A DNA stretch of 64,000 nucleotides from Octopus bimaculoides (Eukaryota), in NCBI RefSeq assembly GCF_001194135.2, contig NC_068983.1:34761320-34825319 (forward strand). The letters are read 5' to 3'. Shown piece by piece: positions 51,380 to 63,944 of this stretch. The notes under the pieces were generated by a model that worked only from the letters and a program-made list of their open reading frames with translations, was not told the origin of the DNA and made no database searches. A program made the position numbers and the translations under genes. Position 1 is the first letter of the stretch. Each line of letters begins with the position of its first letter.

Positions 51380-51655
51380 TTTGGTACGGAAAGACTTTCA
51401 AACTTCGTATACTTATCTATTTTGTGTTATAGAACAGAAAAATATTTTTGTATTCGAATTTATTTCATGTAAAAAATTGTCTTATTTCGATAATTTCTAC
51501 TAATCACTGACGTCTATTCAGTTGAAAACAGTTAGCGCTGTAACGGTGTATATCGTATTAATCCCCTAACCCTAACCCTAACCCTAACCCTAACCCTAAC
51601 TAGACTGTTAACCGTAACCCTAACCCTAACCCTAACCCTAAAACTAATCCTAACT
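51380..51655 (+). mobile_element. Degenerate single arm of the fold-back family followed by (CCCTAA)n
   Basis: actttcaaacttcgtatac...ttatttcatgt...gacgtctattcag...ggtgtatat resembles the 48851-49139 arm. (ccctaa)n follows at ~51563-51655. Confidence 0.65.
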
Positions 51656-52301
51656 CTAGAATCCGAACTCTAAAATTGTTACACACATAGATAGGCACAG
51701 CGTAATTTATTATATAAACAATATATGCGTATAANNNNNNNNNNNNNNNNNNNNNNNNNNNNNNNNNNNNNNNNNNNNNNNNNNNNNNNNNNNNNNNNNN
51801 NNNNNNNNNNNNNNNNNNNNNNNNNNNNNNNNNNNNNNNNNNNNNNNNNNNNNNNNNNNNNNNNNNNNNNNNNNNNNNNNNNNNNNNNNNNNNNNNNNNN
51901 NNNNNNNNNNNNNNNNNNNNNNNNNNNNNNNNNNNNNNNNNNNNNNNNNNNNNNNNNNNNNNNNNNNNNNNNNNNNNNNNNNNNNNNNNNNNNNNNNNNN
52001 NNNNNNNNNNNNNNNNNNNNNNNNNNNNNNNNNNNNNNNNNNNNNNNNNNNNNNNNNNNNNNNNNNNNNNNNNNNNNNNNNNNNNNNNNNNNNNNNNNNN
52101 NNNNNNNNNNNNNNNNNNNNNNNNNNNNNNNNNNNNNNNNNNNNNNNNNNNNNNNNNNNNNNNNNNNNNNNNNNNNNNNNNNNNNNNNNNNNNNNNNNNN
52201 NNNNNNNNNNNNNNNNNNNNNNNNNNNNNNNNNNNNNNNNNNNNNNNNNNNNNNNNNNNNNNNNNNNNNNNNNNNNNNNNNNNNNNNNNNNNNNNNNNNN
52301 N

Positions 52302-52346
<45 letters not shown>

Positions 52347-52877
52347 GAGGTGCTTTGGTGACCGCAAGATGGAACACACCCACAGATCAATGGACAATGG
52401 GAAAGGGAATCACCTAGGGTTTTGCCCTTAAAACGAGGCTTTCACACCTCCATATTTTAAAGAGGTCTCAGGTCAGCAATGTTCGGGGGCTGAAGACACG
52501 CCGTAAGACTAAACCCCTTATGAGCGAGAAACCCAGGGTAATCCCATAAACCGGCCTAACCCACTATAATGTGTGTGTGTTTGTGTGTGTAACTATAACG
52601 GCTGGCTTCTCATACCTGCCTATTCCATTTTTCTGCCTTTGATCATGTAAATGAACAGGAATTGATCTTTTATCCAGAATATATACTCATGTGTCCATAA
52701 AAAAAATCTCTAGCTGCAAAAAGCTAGCAATATTCCAAATAGGGAAAGGAAAGAAAGTGGAACAATCGAAATTTCTTACTTATTGGCTTAAATGTTTACA
52801 AAGGGGCCATTATTAATATTTACTCCAGTCATGAATATTTCGGCGATATTTCGAATTGATGAATATTATAGGTTAGC

Positions 52878-53095
52878 AAGGCGACGAGCTGACAGACTCG
52901 TTAGCAGGCGCCGGGCGAAATGCTTAGTGGTATTTCGTCTGTCTTTATGTCCTGAGTTCAGATTCTGCCGAGGTCGACTTTGCCTTTCATCTTTTCGGGG
53001 TCGATAAATTAAGTACCAGTTGCGTACTGGGGTCGATCTAATCGACTGGCCCCCTCCCCCAGATTTTCAGGCCTTTTGCCTAGAGTAGAAGAAAA
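52878..53095 (+). mobile_element. SINE family A
   Basis: Closely matches 330-549 (gccgggcgaaatgcttag...gtcgatctaatcgactggc). Confidence 0.85.
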
Positions 53096-53110
53096 AATTT
53101 AAGGTTAGCT

Positions 53111-53295
53111 AGGGCAGCGAGCTGGCAGGATCCTTAGAATGCCAGGTAAAAATTCTTAGCGGTATTTCAACTGTCTTTACGTTCCGAGTTCAAATTCCAC
53201 CTTTCATCATTTCAGTATAGGTAAAATAAGTAGTAGTTGAGCACTGGGGCTGATGTAATCAGCTACCCACTTCCTAAAATTATTTGAAACCAAAA
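53111..53295 (+). mobile_element. SINE family A, older internally deleted copy in tandem
   Basis: ggcagcgagctggcag...gagttcaaattccacc...taaaataagtagtagttgagcactggggctgatgtaatc. Confidence 0.6.
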
Positions 53296-53802
53296 TTACT
53301 GTTTAGCAGCATTTGAATCTGTCTATTCGCACATGCACTACAGAAGTTATTTGTTGAAAATAAATTAATTGCTAGATGAAAGGAAACAGATTTTTTTATA
53401 TATTATACGCTGTGTGGAGTGTTTGTGAATTACATTAACTACAGTACATCTCTAGTGCGTTATCGATCCCCAAAGGGTGAATGTTGAAGTTGACTTCGGT
53501 GATTTTAAATTACAGCCAGCACAAATACAACAAGGTACTTTCTCACACGATTCTACCAATCGATCTCCCAATAGATAAGAGTTTCTGATTCAGGTGCAAT
53601 ACCAGCGATTTTGACTGGGACTTTTCTATTATCAACTCCGAAAGTGTGAAAGACAAAACTGACCGTGTTGAGATTTGATCTCAGAACGCAAAATACAAGA
53701 AGATATGCAAGAAAGGATTTTTCCGACGCTATAACGATTTTTTCACCCTTCGTCCTATGGATTAAAAAAGTAAATAAAGGGGAATATTAAACAGAATAAC
53801 AA

Positions 53803-54915
53803 CACTAGGGAACATTTCAGTTGTTTTGCTTTTACAATTAGTCCTACCTAATATGATGGTGCTGGGTTCAGAAATGCCCTCAGAAATTTTCTACCACGTT
53901 TTTTTCTGTTAAACAGGAATCCATTTTTTTACCAACAAATATCAATTTTCCGACTAAATGCAACCCTGAAATAAAACACTAACACAAACTAAATATTACT
54001 TTTATTATTTAGCAGATATACAACAAAATGTTTAATTACAAATTTTAGAATGGATATTGTCAAACTGGAATTCCAGTTACTCAAGGAATGAACTTCCTCT
54101 TTCCTGCTTAATGTGAATAAATTGCATCATGGCAGTCTCTTCACAGTGACCTGCAATGGACAGCATCATATTGGTGTTCCATCTACCTTGATATCTAGTC
54201 TCTATGTTATCCATGCCTTAGTGGAATCTTCTTCCTTGCTCATCATTTATTGTAATATGATTTTGAAGGACGTAGTCCAGGTGACTATGCAGGAAATATA
54301 CATTTACACTCATGTAAAGCCCTGTCCTTGTAAACTGGTTCTATGGTTTGCACACGTTCTTTATGATTTGGTGGCTTTTTTGTTTCCCAGGAAATCAGAC
54401 ACAACTGCAGCAAAAGCAGCCTATGCTTTTGTTTTCAATACGGGACAGTCTCCAAAAGTTGCTAGTCCTGCAATAGCCACTGAATACACGACCTGTCAAA
54501 GACGCCAACCTTAATTTTCTCACAGGACAAAACTAAAACCTTTCTGCTTACGTATTTGAAGCAGTCACTGTCTCAGTGTTTCTACACGTTTTGTACACTA
54601 TATGCAGTGCCCATACTTTTTCTTGCCACACAGTATCATGCTAAAGTAAGGTAAGCTTTCTTCACAAAGTCTGCGATTTCATATCACTGTCTAAGTGTAA
54701 CATCCACAAATATAACAGAAGATGTCAAGGCCTTATTTCTAAAATACAAAACATATTGAAGCCAGTTGTCATCTGGGAAAAGCATTTTCAGAATTGTCAA
54801 GTTACAAAGTAAGTAAATGCAGATTTGTGATGGCAAAGTTCCATAAACTATATACATACCATGAAGTTCTTTCCACAGATATTTGACCATACTTGACGAA
54901 AAGTGACCCGTGTGA
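53803..54915 (-). mobile_element. Chapaev3-like (CMC superfamily) DNA transposon, internally deleted
   Basis: N-terminal DIFCYICG / DFVKKAY / QEKVWALHIVYKTC and C-terminal FAAVVSDFLGNKKA / MSVNVYFLHSHLDY...DEQGRRFH*...IETRYQGRWNTNMM. A CAC-starting putative terminus (cactagggaaca) lies at 53803. Confidence 0.75.
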
Positions 54916-55064
54916 ACTCAAAATTAAAACATTAACGGCACCCACGAAATAATCTTCATAAGAAACAGTTAAAAGTTCTACAATATGTGGTTTTCACTGA
55001 TAGTCACACTAAATGAAGTAGAGTGTGGGCATATCTGCAAACAAATTCCACAAATATGAGTGTC

Positions 55065-55283
55065 GGACGCTGACACTCGTTGATGCTGCATCGAAGAGGC
55101 CAGGGAATAGAAGAAAGAAGACATGCACCCAACACCAGAGCTGAAGACACCTCCGAAAGAGGGGGCCCCACCACGTCAAAACGGTAGAGGAGTAGGGGCC
55201 GAAACCGGACGTGGTTCCTCCTGATGATGTCTTGAGCTAACTGGATCCTATAAAGGAGCTGTTGTGGTAGCAGACCACGAAAC
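55065..55283 (+). mobile_element. 5'-truncated 3' end of the HERO-like element
   Basis: Aligns by eye to the reverse complement of 44554-44780 and ends at the same gaaac motif. Confidence 0.75.
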
Positions 55284-55833
55284 ATGACTTAAATTCCTCT
55301 TATATGAGGTCAAGAGCTACAAACATATGTTGTTTCTTAACATATAATTGCATAAAGGACACTTCTGTCACCATCATGACATTTGAAACTGGTTAGGTTG
55401 AAAATAGTGAAAATTGCATGAGTTTGATACTTTTTTATTTACTGAAAATACTTAAATCATGACTTTCGTTTTCACTTTTGTACTTGCATTAACATTAAAT
55501 AACATTGAAAAACTGTTTTCGAAGCTATGTCACAAGGGTTTCCATGTGATGAAGTAAAATCTATCCTTAGTGATGGTGACAATGCCAAGACATTTGAGTT
55601 CGTGAAAAATGTTGATGTGATAGAGCAAAATGGATTTTAGTTTTGAAATCAGCATCCCACAATTAGTAGGAAACATGTCTCCAACATCAGATAACAAACG
55701 CCTGTGTCCCCAATTGATTGATTGCGAGCCTGTATGCATTTGTGTTATTGAAGTAATGTAATTGTAAGCGTGTGTGTGTATGCATGTGTGTGTGTATGCA
55801 TGTGTGTGTATGCATGTGTGTGTGCGTGTGTTT

Positions 55834-55922
<89 letters not shown>

Positions 55923-56493
55923 TCGTGCCTGCTCGAATGAGCTTTAATAAACTGAAAATTTTAAAATTTGATAGATTGTAAATTGCACGTTGGAATATTC
56001 ATGGCTGATTATTCATATTCATTTGATTTTTCGCATATCATCCGTAAAATCATTACGAATGGTATGCGTTCGACCTCATGTCCTCTTTATATTGTTTTAC
56101 GTAATGCAATTTACTCATATAAAAATAGACTATAAAAATATAAACACAGCTATAGAAACTGTAAAATAATGTATTGATTTATAAAAATTATAAACGTTAT
56201 GCAAGTATTATAGGACATCGCTGCAGTATAATGGGCTTATGTTGTTGTCATGCTTTATAATGATACATATCATAGAGTGAAATGGGGACGGTATTTACAT
56301 TCTAAACCTCGAATGATATGAGAATATCTAGATTCTATTTAAATTGTGTTATCGAATGAGATTAATATATTATTTATGAGTTCGAATGAAGAAGTTGATG
56401 AAACTGAATAATATTTTGGATGCATGAAATTGTTTTTGCGTGTTTATTGATAGTGTTAATTGGTAGTTTGGGTTATTCGAACAGTGGGTTATA

Positions 56494-57752
56494 TTAGGTC
56501 GTTCCGAAAATAATGGCCGATTTCAGTAACATAATTTTGTTCTGGGAAAATTGGCAATTGAAAGGTTTTAATTAGTCAAGGTATAAGCCGCGAACATCTA
56601 TGCATTTCTGCTATCAATCAATGAGATTATTTATGCCTCGTTGATAAAATATTATTAGCTTTGATGCTAAGAAATATTTGAAAGCTGATTCCACTTCTGG
56701 TTTGGACCTGAAAGTTTTATCACTTAAAAATATGTTTCAATGTTTTAAAAAATGGTCAGCGGGTGAAAGATCAAGGGAGTATAGAGGATGTCGTAAAGTC
56801 TCGCATGTCAAGTTTGTGAGTTTCTACAGCGTCATTCTTGCAACATGTGGCTTTGCATTATCGTGGAGCAGAATTGGGGCACCAATGCAGGTTTCATTTT
56901 TTGCAAGTGAGCATGCATTTCAGCGAGTTCATTGCAGCACACCTCTACTGTAATGCTCTGATTGGGTTCCAGAAAGCTGTAACGGACAACACCAATTTCA
57001 CATCACTAGACAGTCACCATAATATTTTGCTGATGCAACTTTGACTTTCGGGAATGTTTGGGGAACTCATCACGATCAAGCCATTGACCTGATCGTTTAC
57101 GGTTATCATAAAGGATCCACTTCTCGTCACAAGTGGCTATTCGGTCAAAAAATGGATCATTGGTGTTTCGTAGAAAGAGCATCGAGCACACTTCAAATGC
57201 CGAACTTTTTGATTTTCATAGAACTTATGCGGTACCCACTTATCGAGCTTTTTAACCTTACCAATCTTCTGCAGACTGCATGAGACCGTTGCAATACCGA
57301 CATTAAGTGCCTGAGACATTTCTCTGATACTTTGACGTGGGTTTTGTTCAACAATTGCTTTCAATTGTTCATTGTCAGGACTGCATAACCGTCCTCCATC
57401 TTCTTCCTCTTCAAGGCTCTCATCCCCACTACGGAATTTCTGATACTACCTTCGTACTGTGCGACTCCTCTCCCTATGTTCTGTTGATATTGGCAGCAGT
57501 TATGGAGGTATTGTGCCCAAACTTGAAGTCATGCAAGAAAAGTAAGCAAAGGTCTATTTTTGTCAGGTTCATAATTAAGAGTGCCTATGCTTCAATAATG
57601 TTTTCTGTCTGAAATAAGAAGGAAATTATTAAAGAGCATACATCAATAATTAAGCATGTCGAAATTAACCTAACATATAACTAAAATGTTATGATAAAAT
57701 TGCATTTCAAAGCACAACACTTAGAGCGGCCATTATTTTCGGAACAACCTAA
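56494..57752 (-). mobile_element. mariner (DD34D) transposon, both TIRs present, transposase disrupted
   Basis: 26-bp TIRs ttaggtcgttccgaaaataatggccg / cggccattattttcggaacaacctaa (1 mismatch), with TA on the left. Motifs: KKLDKWVPH, FFDRIATCDEKWILYDNRKRSGQWLD, HPLYSLDLSPAD (cf. YSPDL). Confidence 0.93.
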
Positions 57753-58451
57753 TCAGCTAGTGCATACTTTGTATGTCTTAATCATAGAGGGTAATTCAAC
57801 GGAGTTAATTTAATTATGTCAAGTATTGTTTATAATTTATACTAAAAATCGGGTGTCGTAGAAACAGGGTTTTAGCTGATCGCCATCACTGTTCAGACCG
57901 TTTATATTTTGGAAAATTATGATAACGTTGTCTGCTACACAAATCTAGCACTAACGGTTTGTTGTAGTGTTATCTGTATCTAAAAGCGTGGGCCAAATAT
58001 GCGCCTGTAATATTTATCATTTTGACATTTTCCTGAAATGTGTACGGCCGGAATGAATATGAAGACTTCATAGGGTTTTGCAACTTTGCAATTAATCATC
58101 AACCCCTCTTTAGTTTTACATCCAAGCGCCAGTGAACACATCATCGTACAAAAATATCCTCTTCATACACTCTTCGGTGATTACAAGAAAAATCATTTTT
58201 CATTTTTCTGTTCAGTTCAACTCATTTATTTGCATTTTATACACACAGTTTATTTAATTTTATGTTTCTACACGATATATTCAGAACAGACTTTTAGTAC
58301 AGTTCCTTCTATTGAATTTGAGGATCGGAAATTTAAAATTCCAATAATCTGGATATGGAATATTAAATATTACAATAAAAAACTAATTTCCAACCATTTG
58401 ATATTGAGAGCTGTTTCAGCATATTTTTGTCTCTATGTAAGTAATACATAC

Positions 58452-58500
<49 letters not shown>

Positions 58501-58947
58501 TTATCTAAAATAGACTTTTGTGTGTGTATTCGCTTTTCACGCAAAAACAGCTGCGCGAATTGGTTCCATATTGGGGGTGCATGAATAATTTGACCTCGGA
58601 TACATAACAGGGTCTTCATTTATTTTTTATCAAAACTAAATAAAATAAATATTATTGCTTTATATACATATATATGATTCACTTGTTTGAAAAGTTTTTC
58701 AATGTCAGCTTCTGTGATTTTTTTCAATGTCAGCTTCAGTGATTACTCCCGATATTGACGTAGCAAGTACTGCTACCAAGACACTCACATATGTGTATTA
58801 CCGCTTCTATTTCATTTCGGAACCTGCGTTATTGAGTATTAAAAGTAAGTATTGCTTTCTGAGTAATACACTAATATGACACTACAAGCAAACAGTACTA
58901 TGTTAAAGCTATGAGTTTATAATCCGAGTGGAACCGGGTCCTTCTGC

Positions 58948-59300
58948 TACGACGACGACTGTTCCAGTTGATCCGATCAACGGAACAGCCTACTAGTGAA
59001 ATAAATGTGCAAGTGGCTGAGCACTCCACAGACACGAGTACTCTTAACGTAGTTCTCGGGGAGATTCAGCGTGACACAGAGTGTGAGAAGGCTGGCCCTG
59101 TGAAATACAGGTACAACAGAAGCAGGAAGAAGTTGTGGTGAAAGAGTACAGCAAGTTTCGCCACCACACTCTGCCGGAGCCTCGTGGAGCTTTATGTGTT
59201 TTAGCTCAATAAACACTCACAACGTCCGGTCTGTGAATTGAAACCGCGATCCAACAACTGCAAGTCCGCTGCCCTAACCACTGGGCCATTGCACCTCCAC
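58948..59300 (-). mobile_element. SINE family D
   Basis: Same head and body as 49196-49582. Confidence 0.85.
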
Positions 59301-60499
59301 TCTGCTTGTATACATCTAAACCATACGGTGTTGTTAGCATGTGTGTGTCTGGATATGTTAGTATTATGCACTTGTGTAATTTGACGGACGAGTGCTTACG
59401 TGTTTTATTGCGCCAATGTGCTCCTAGTAAGCTCTGCCCGACAATAACTGTCAACATTGTAATTATTAATTTAAACATATCTTTTATGTATCGTATTTCT
59501 TGGACAACATTATTAAATAATTCTTTCTGCTATAAAATAATACTTTTATGATTCCAGTCGCTGATTCCATTGACATTTTTACTGCTATGATCTTTTGCAT
59601 AAAAATTCTGTAAACGTTCTCTCACTGGATGATCATGAAGGTAATGCTGGATTAAATGGTTACTTGTATATCAGATCAGATTGCTCAGACCTCAAATCAA
59701 AATATTTCCAGCTCATAGCCATCTAATTTTATATTTCAGCATCTATTATATGATGTGTCCTTTTATCTTAAATCAGATATATGTATGTTGACAGAAACTT
59801 TGCTGTTGTTTTTAGCAAACTGAAGGACCACGTAGAGGTTCCTTCGGCTTTTCATTTGTATGAGTGTTGATGTGTGTAGTGTATTTATGTGTTTATATGG
59901 TCAAGTACGGGACGTGTCAGTGGGAAGGGGTGGGGTGTATTCGCGTTGGAAAAAGTGTTAACTCTAAATATAGTTCACGCTTGTTTACGTTTAATCTTAA
60001 TTTAACGAAAATTGATTCTTGTTTTTCTGATATCTCGTTCATGTATATTTTTTTGTATGATTTTGTATTATATTTCACTGTCATTTCCGAAATTGAATTC
60101 CAAAAGCAATAAATGAATTAACAAATAAAACAAAAACAAATTAATTTTTAATAATAGCAAAGAATTATAAAGATCAAGTATATAAGGAATAAAAAGTATC
60201 GCCTGAATGACAAACTAAGATTGAAAACAAACCACAAATAAATAAATAATAAAAAGATACGATTATAGAAAGATGTGTGATCTGTTCAGCTTGATCAAAA
60301 TAGAAATAATGGTGAAAAATGAAATTAAAACGCACAAAGTGAAATAAACGAAAATAAACTGGGCCAGCTTAACAAGAATGCACAAGAAGTTTCTTCCTGT
60401 GTACGAGAGAATAAACACATACAAATATCATATGGGAGAAACTGGAAGAAATTGTAACGAATAATAATAAAATTGGTTTCATATTTTGGTTCAAGGCAA

Positions 60500-61282
60500 C
60501 TTAGTTGGGTGGGGGATGAAAGGTAATGTCCACCTCGGCGGAATTTGAACTCAGAACATAAAAACGAACGAAATGTCGCTAAGTATTTTGTCCAGTGTGC
60601 TAATGATTCTGCCAGCTCACCACCATTTTGGCACAAGGCCAGCAATTTCGGGGTTGGGAATAAGTCGATTACATCTACCCCGTTGTTCAACTGATTCTTA
60701 TTATATCAGCTCCAAAACGACGAAAGGCAAAGTTGACCTCGGTGGAATTTGAACCCAGAACGTATATACGGATGAAATGCCGCTAAGAATTTTGTCCGGC
60801 TTGATAACCATTCTGCCAGCCCACCGTTTTACGAATAATAACAATATTACGGTGGCAAGCTGGCATAATCAATAGCACGCCGGACAAAATGCTTAACGAC
60901 ATTTCATCCGTCTTTACGTTCTGAGGTCAAATTCCGCCGAGATTGACTTTTCCTTTCATCACTTCCGGTCGATAAAATAAGAACCAGTTGAATACTGAGA
61001 CCGATGTAACCGATTTACAGCTCTCCTAAAATTGCTGGCCCTGTACCAAAATTTGAAATCAATTTTATTGTTTCTGATTTCAGAATAAGGCCTGAAACTT
61101 TGGGGGAAGGCGATGATCAATCTTATGGATATAGTGCTCGACAGGAACTTATTTCATCGACTTCCAAAGGATGAAAGGTAAAACTGACCTCGTCGCAATT
61201 AGAACTCAGTACTTAAAGTCGGAAGAATTTTCTACGAAGCATTTTGTCCAGCGTGCTACCAATTCTCCTAGCTAACAGCCTA
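60500..61282. mobile_element. Cluster of four degenerate family-A SINEs in -, -, +, - orientation
   Basis: Minus copies at ~60500-60620, ~60620-60830 and ~61075-61282 (ggaatttgaactcagaac motif). Plus copy at ~60850-61060 (ctgaggtcaaattccgccgag). Confidence 0.7.
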
Positions 61283-61312
61283 ATAATAAATGATAATAAT
61301 CCTTCCTAATAC

Positions 61313-61501
61313 AGTTCTATACTTAAGAGATGAGGTATTATGTACATTATTTACATTATTTACAATTGATGGATATTTGTCCTCATCTTGTTTGCTGTTA
61401 ACACAACGTTTCGGCTGACATACCCTCCAGCCTTCATCAGATGTCTTGGAGAAATTTCGAAACTGGGTTCTCATTCCTAAGGTATTTTTCAATGTTCTTG
61501 C

Positions 61502-61568
<67 letters not shown>

Positions 61569-61706
61569 ATTATTATTATTAATATTATTATTTTTAATAT
61601 TATTATTATTATTCAGGTCACTGCCTGGAATCGAACTTGGAATCTTGGGGTTCGTAGCCCGCGCTATTAAACACTACGCCATATGCCCGTGGGCATATGG
61701 CGTAGT
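61313..61706 (-). mobile_element. tRNA-headed (AAT)n SINE with intact hammerhead tail and fold-back 5' end
   Basis: Minus strand: gggcatatggcgtagtgtttaatagcgcgggctacgaaccccaagattccaagttcgattccaggc, (AAT)n, then the same tail as the 38k and 47-48k copies. Confidence 0.82.
61400..61445 (-). ncRNA. Minimal type I hammerhead ribozyme, intact core
   Basis: Minus strand: gacat-CTGATGA-a-ggctg(gagggtatgt)cagcc-GAAAC-GTT-gtgtt. Helix I is gacat/gtgtt, helix II is ggctg/cagcc, and a palindromic AACGTT replaces helix III. Confidence 0.75.
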
Positions 61707-61829
61707 AGTTAGTATTGTCACAAAGATGGGAATTTCGGAGGAGAGGGTTAGTTGATTTCATTGATCACAGTACTCAATTGGTATTATTTATGCACACTAT
61801 TTCTGGACAATCGTCTTGAAGGTTTTTAA

Positions 61830-62160
61830 TCGAAGAAGTGCACCCTAAGACTTATTTCTTTAAGCCTGTTACTTATTCTATCGGACTGTTTTGCCGAGCT
61901 GCTAGGTTATGTGGACGTAAACTCCCCAAAACCGGTTGTCAAATGGTGGTGGGGAACAAGCACCGAGATAAAGACATGCACGCATGGACATATACATATA
62001 TATTCATACACCGGGCTTTTTTCAATTTCCATCCACCAAATCCACTTACAAGGCTTTGGTTGACCCATGACTCTAGTTGAAGACGCTCCTCTAAAGTGTC
62101 ACGCAGTGAGACTCAACCCAAAACCTTTTGGTTGGGAGGCAAGCTTCTTACCACACAGCA
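61830..62160 (-). mobile_element. SINE family C
   Basis: Minus head gctgtgtggtaagaagcttgcctcccaacc, with tail ...ccgatagaataagtaacaggctt shared with the 12.5k and 14.1k copies. Confidence 0.7.
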
Positions 62161-62899
62161 AGATTCTTACCAAGTCTGTGCCTGCATATATATATGTGTG
62201 TGTGTGTATGCATATACATNNNNNNNNNNTATATATATGTATATACACACACACGCGCGCACACACATATATATTATACCCTTAAGCGCACATATATAAT
62301 TATTTCTGCATGTATTGATACATATATTAACATACTTACTTGTGTATCGTCGTGTCTGTATCTATGCTTATATATGTATAGCTCTCTTTACTAGACCGTC
62401 TTTTGAAGTGTATCCCTGTTTGAAGTGAAATTAGACACTTTGCAAACAGGCTTCCTAATTGTGACTGGCGGGTATATTTTTGTTTTTATACGAAGTTCTG
62501 CTTTGTTTTTCTGTATGGAAAACATCAATCTATTTAAATAGAATGCTGTTTATATATATATATATTCATATTTATTAAAGCACCATTCATTTACTTTTAA
62601 TAGTTTCATATATATAATTGGTTATAGGATTCATTGGAAACTAGACACATCAATACATATATGCTCAGAAATGGCTGGGTACAATAGTATAGGATTCAAC
62701 AGTAATACAAATATCAAGGAAGGTATTAACTATTGGTAGGACACTGTAGATATGTAAGTAATCAATCCAATTTAAAACGTTGATCCGACTCAGGAGCTGG
62801 CTGAATGTGTGGGGCAACTATAAATAGAGAACACGAATGGAGTTTAAAATTCACGACAGCAGTTTTTGTAGAATTTTATTGATGTATCCATAGATTACA

Positions 62900-63830
62900 T
62901 CACATCAAATAATCCAGCATCTTCAGGTACAATTTTAATCACATATAAAACCGCTGAGATAATAAACTGATCGGGACGAATCCAGGTAACATTATGGATA
63001 CGTCTGAAACGTATAAAAGAATAGAATAATATATATAAACTCAATAATTTTGAGATATATGGATATTAAGAAGTTTAATAAATTTAATTGCGTGAACTGC
63101 ATAAAATGGTCTCATTTTGATACATCGGAAACTTCTTAATGAAGGGGGAACTGCACTTCCATATCAAATCTCCGCGAAAATACTCTTGTTTTCTATTCCC
63201 GATTGAGTACTGATGGGATTGGCTCTCCATTTGTAAATGGAGAGAAAATTAGCTTCGTATTCGCTAAGATTTGATTTCCATCGCATCATTTTCTACCTGC
63301 GAAACTTGTATCTTTCCCTCTGCTGTATTTCGGTAGTTTTAGGCACCAGATGGATGTTTTCGTTTATTTTCAGTTGTTGCCGTGGGTGGGGCAGAAATTT
63401 TGAGTGCTTATTGGGCTTTTGTTTCGTATATATTTGCTAATTTCTTTATCTGTGTGTATATGTTGGAGAATTATTTGAATTCTTGTAATCATTCCGGGTA
63501 ATTGAATATAGTGTGGGAATTTTACCCAGATGATGTGTTTGATTATGTCATATTTGAAATTCTCAATGGATTTTAGGACAGCCAGCAGAATCATTTTAAT
63601 TCAAATCCTATGTATAATCTGGTTGTTCTCTAAGTACAATCCTTAGGAAAGCAGTTACCATATCTCTCAAAATCCCATGGTTGACCACATAAAAGGCAAC
63701 AAGAGTCGTGGAGGAAGCTACTTTCATGAGGGTAATTTCACGTCTAAAACATCGTTAACGGGAAATATAACTAGAGGAGTCTTCCACGTATTCAAGCACA
63801 TGATATGATACTCCAAAAAGATACCAAAAA
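62900..63830 (-). pseudogene. Probable second decayed Penelope-like remnant
   Basis: Loose PLE-like pieces (VASSTTLVAF cf. APTYATLV; LQHIHTDKEISKYIRNKSPIST). Hammerhead-like motifs lie near its 3' side. Weak, by eye only. Confidence 0.4.
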
Positions 63831-63939
63831 ATGCATAATCGATACTATATGTATGTTTGAGTGAGTATGTTTTTGTATGTATTTATATGTGTGTGTATGT
63901 GTGTGTGTATGTATGTGTACTGTTTGGGGGGGTGTACTG

Positions 63940-63944
63940 TTTGG

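Noticed and set aside
49161-51655. True telomere or chromosome-fusion site
   Set aside because: The tracts are short, degenerate, internal and tied to a repeat arm.
52440-52560. ctgaagacac motif resembling a hammerhead core or the HERO 3' end
   Set aside because: No helix II followed by GAAA, and no further similarity.
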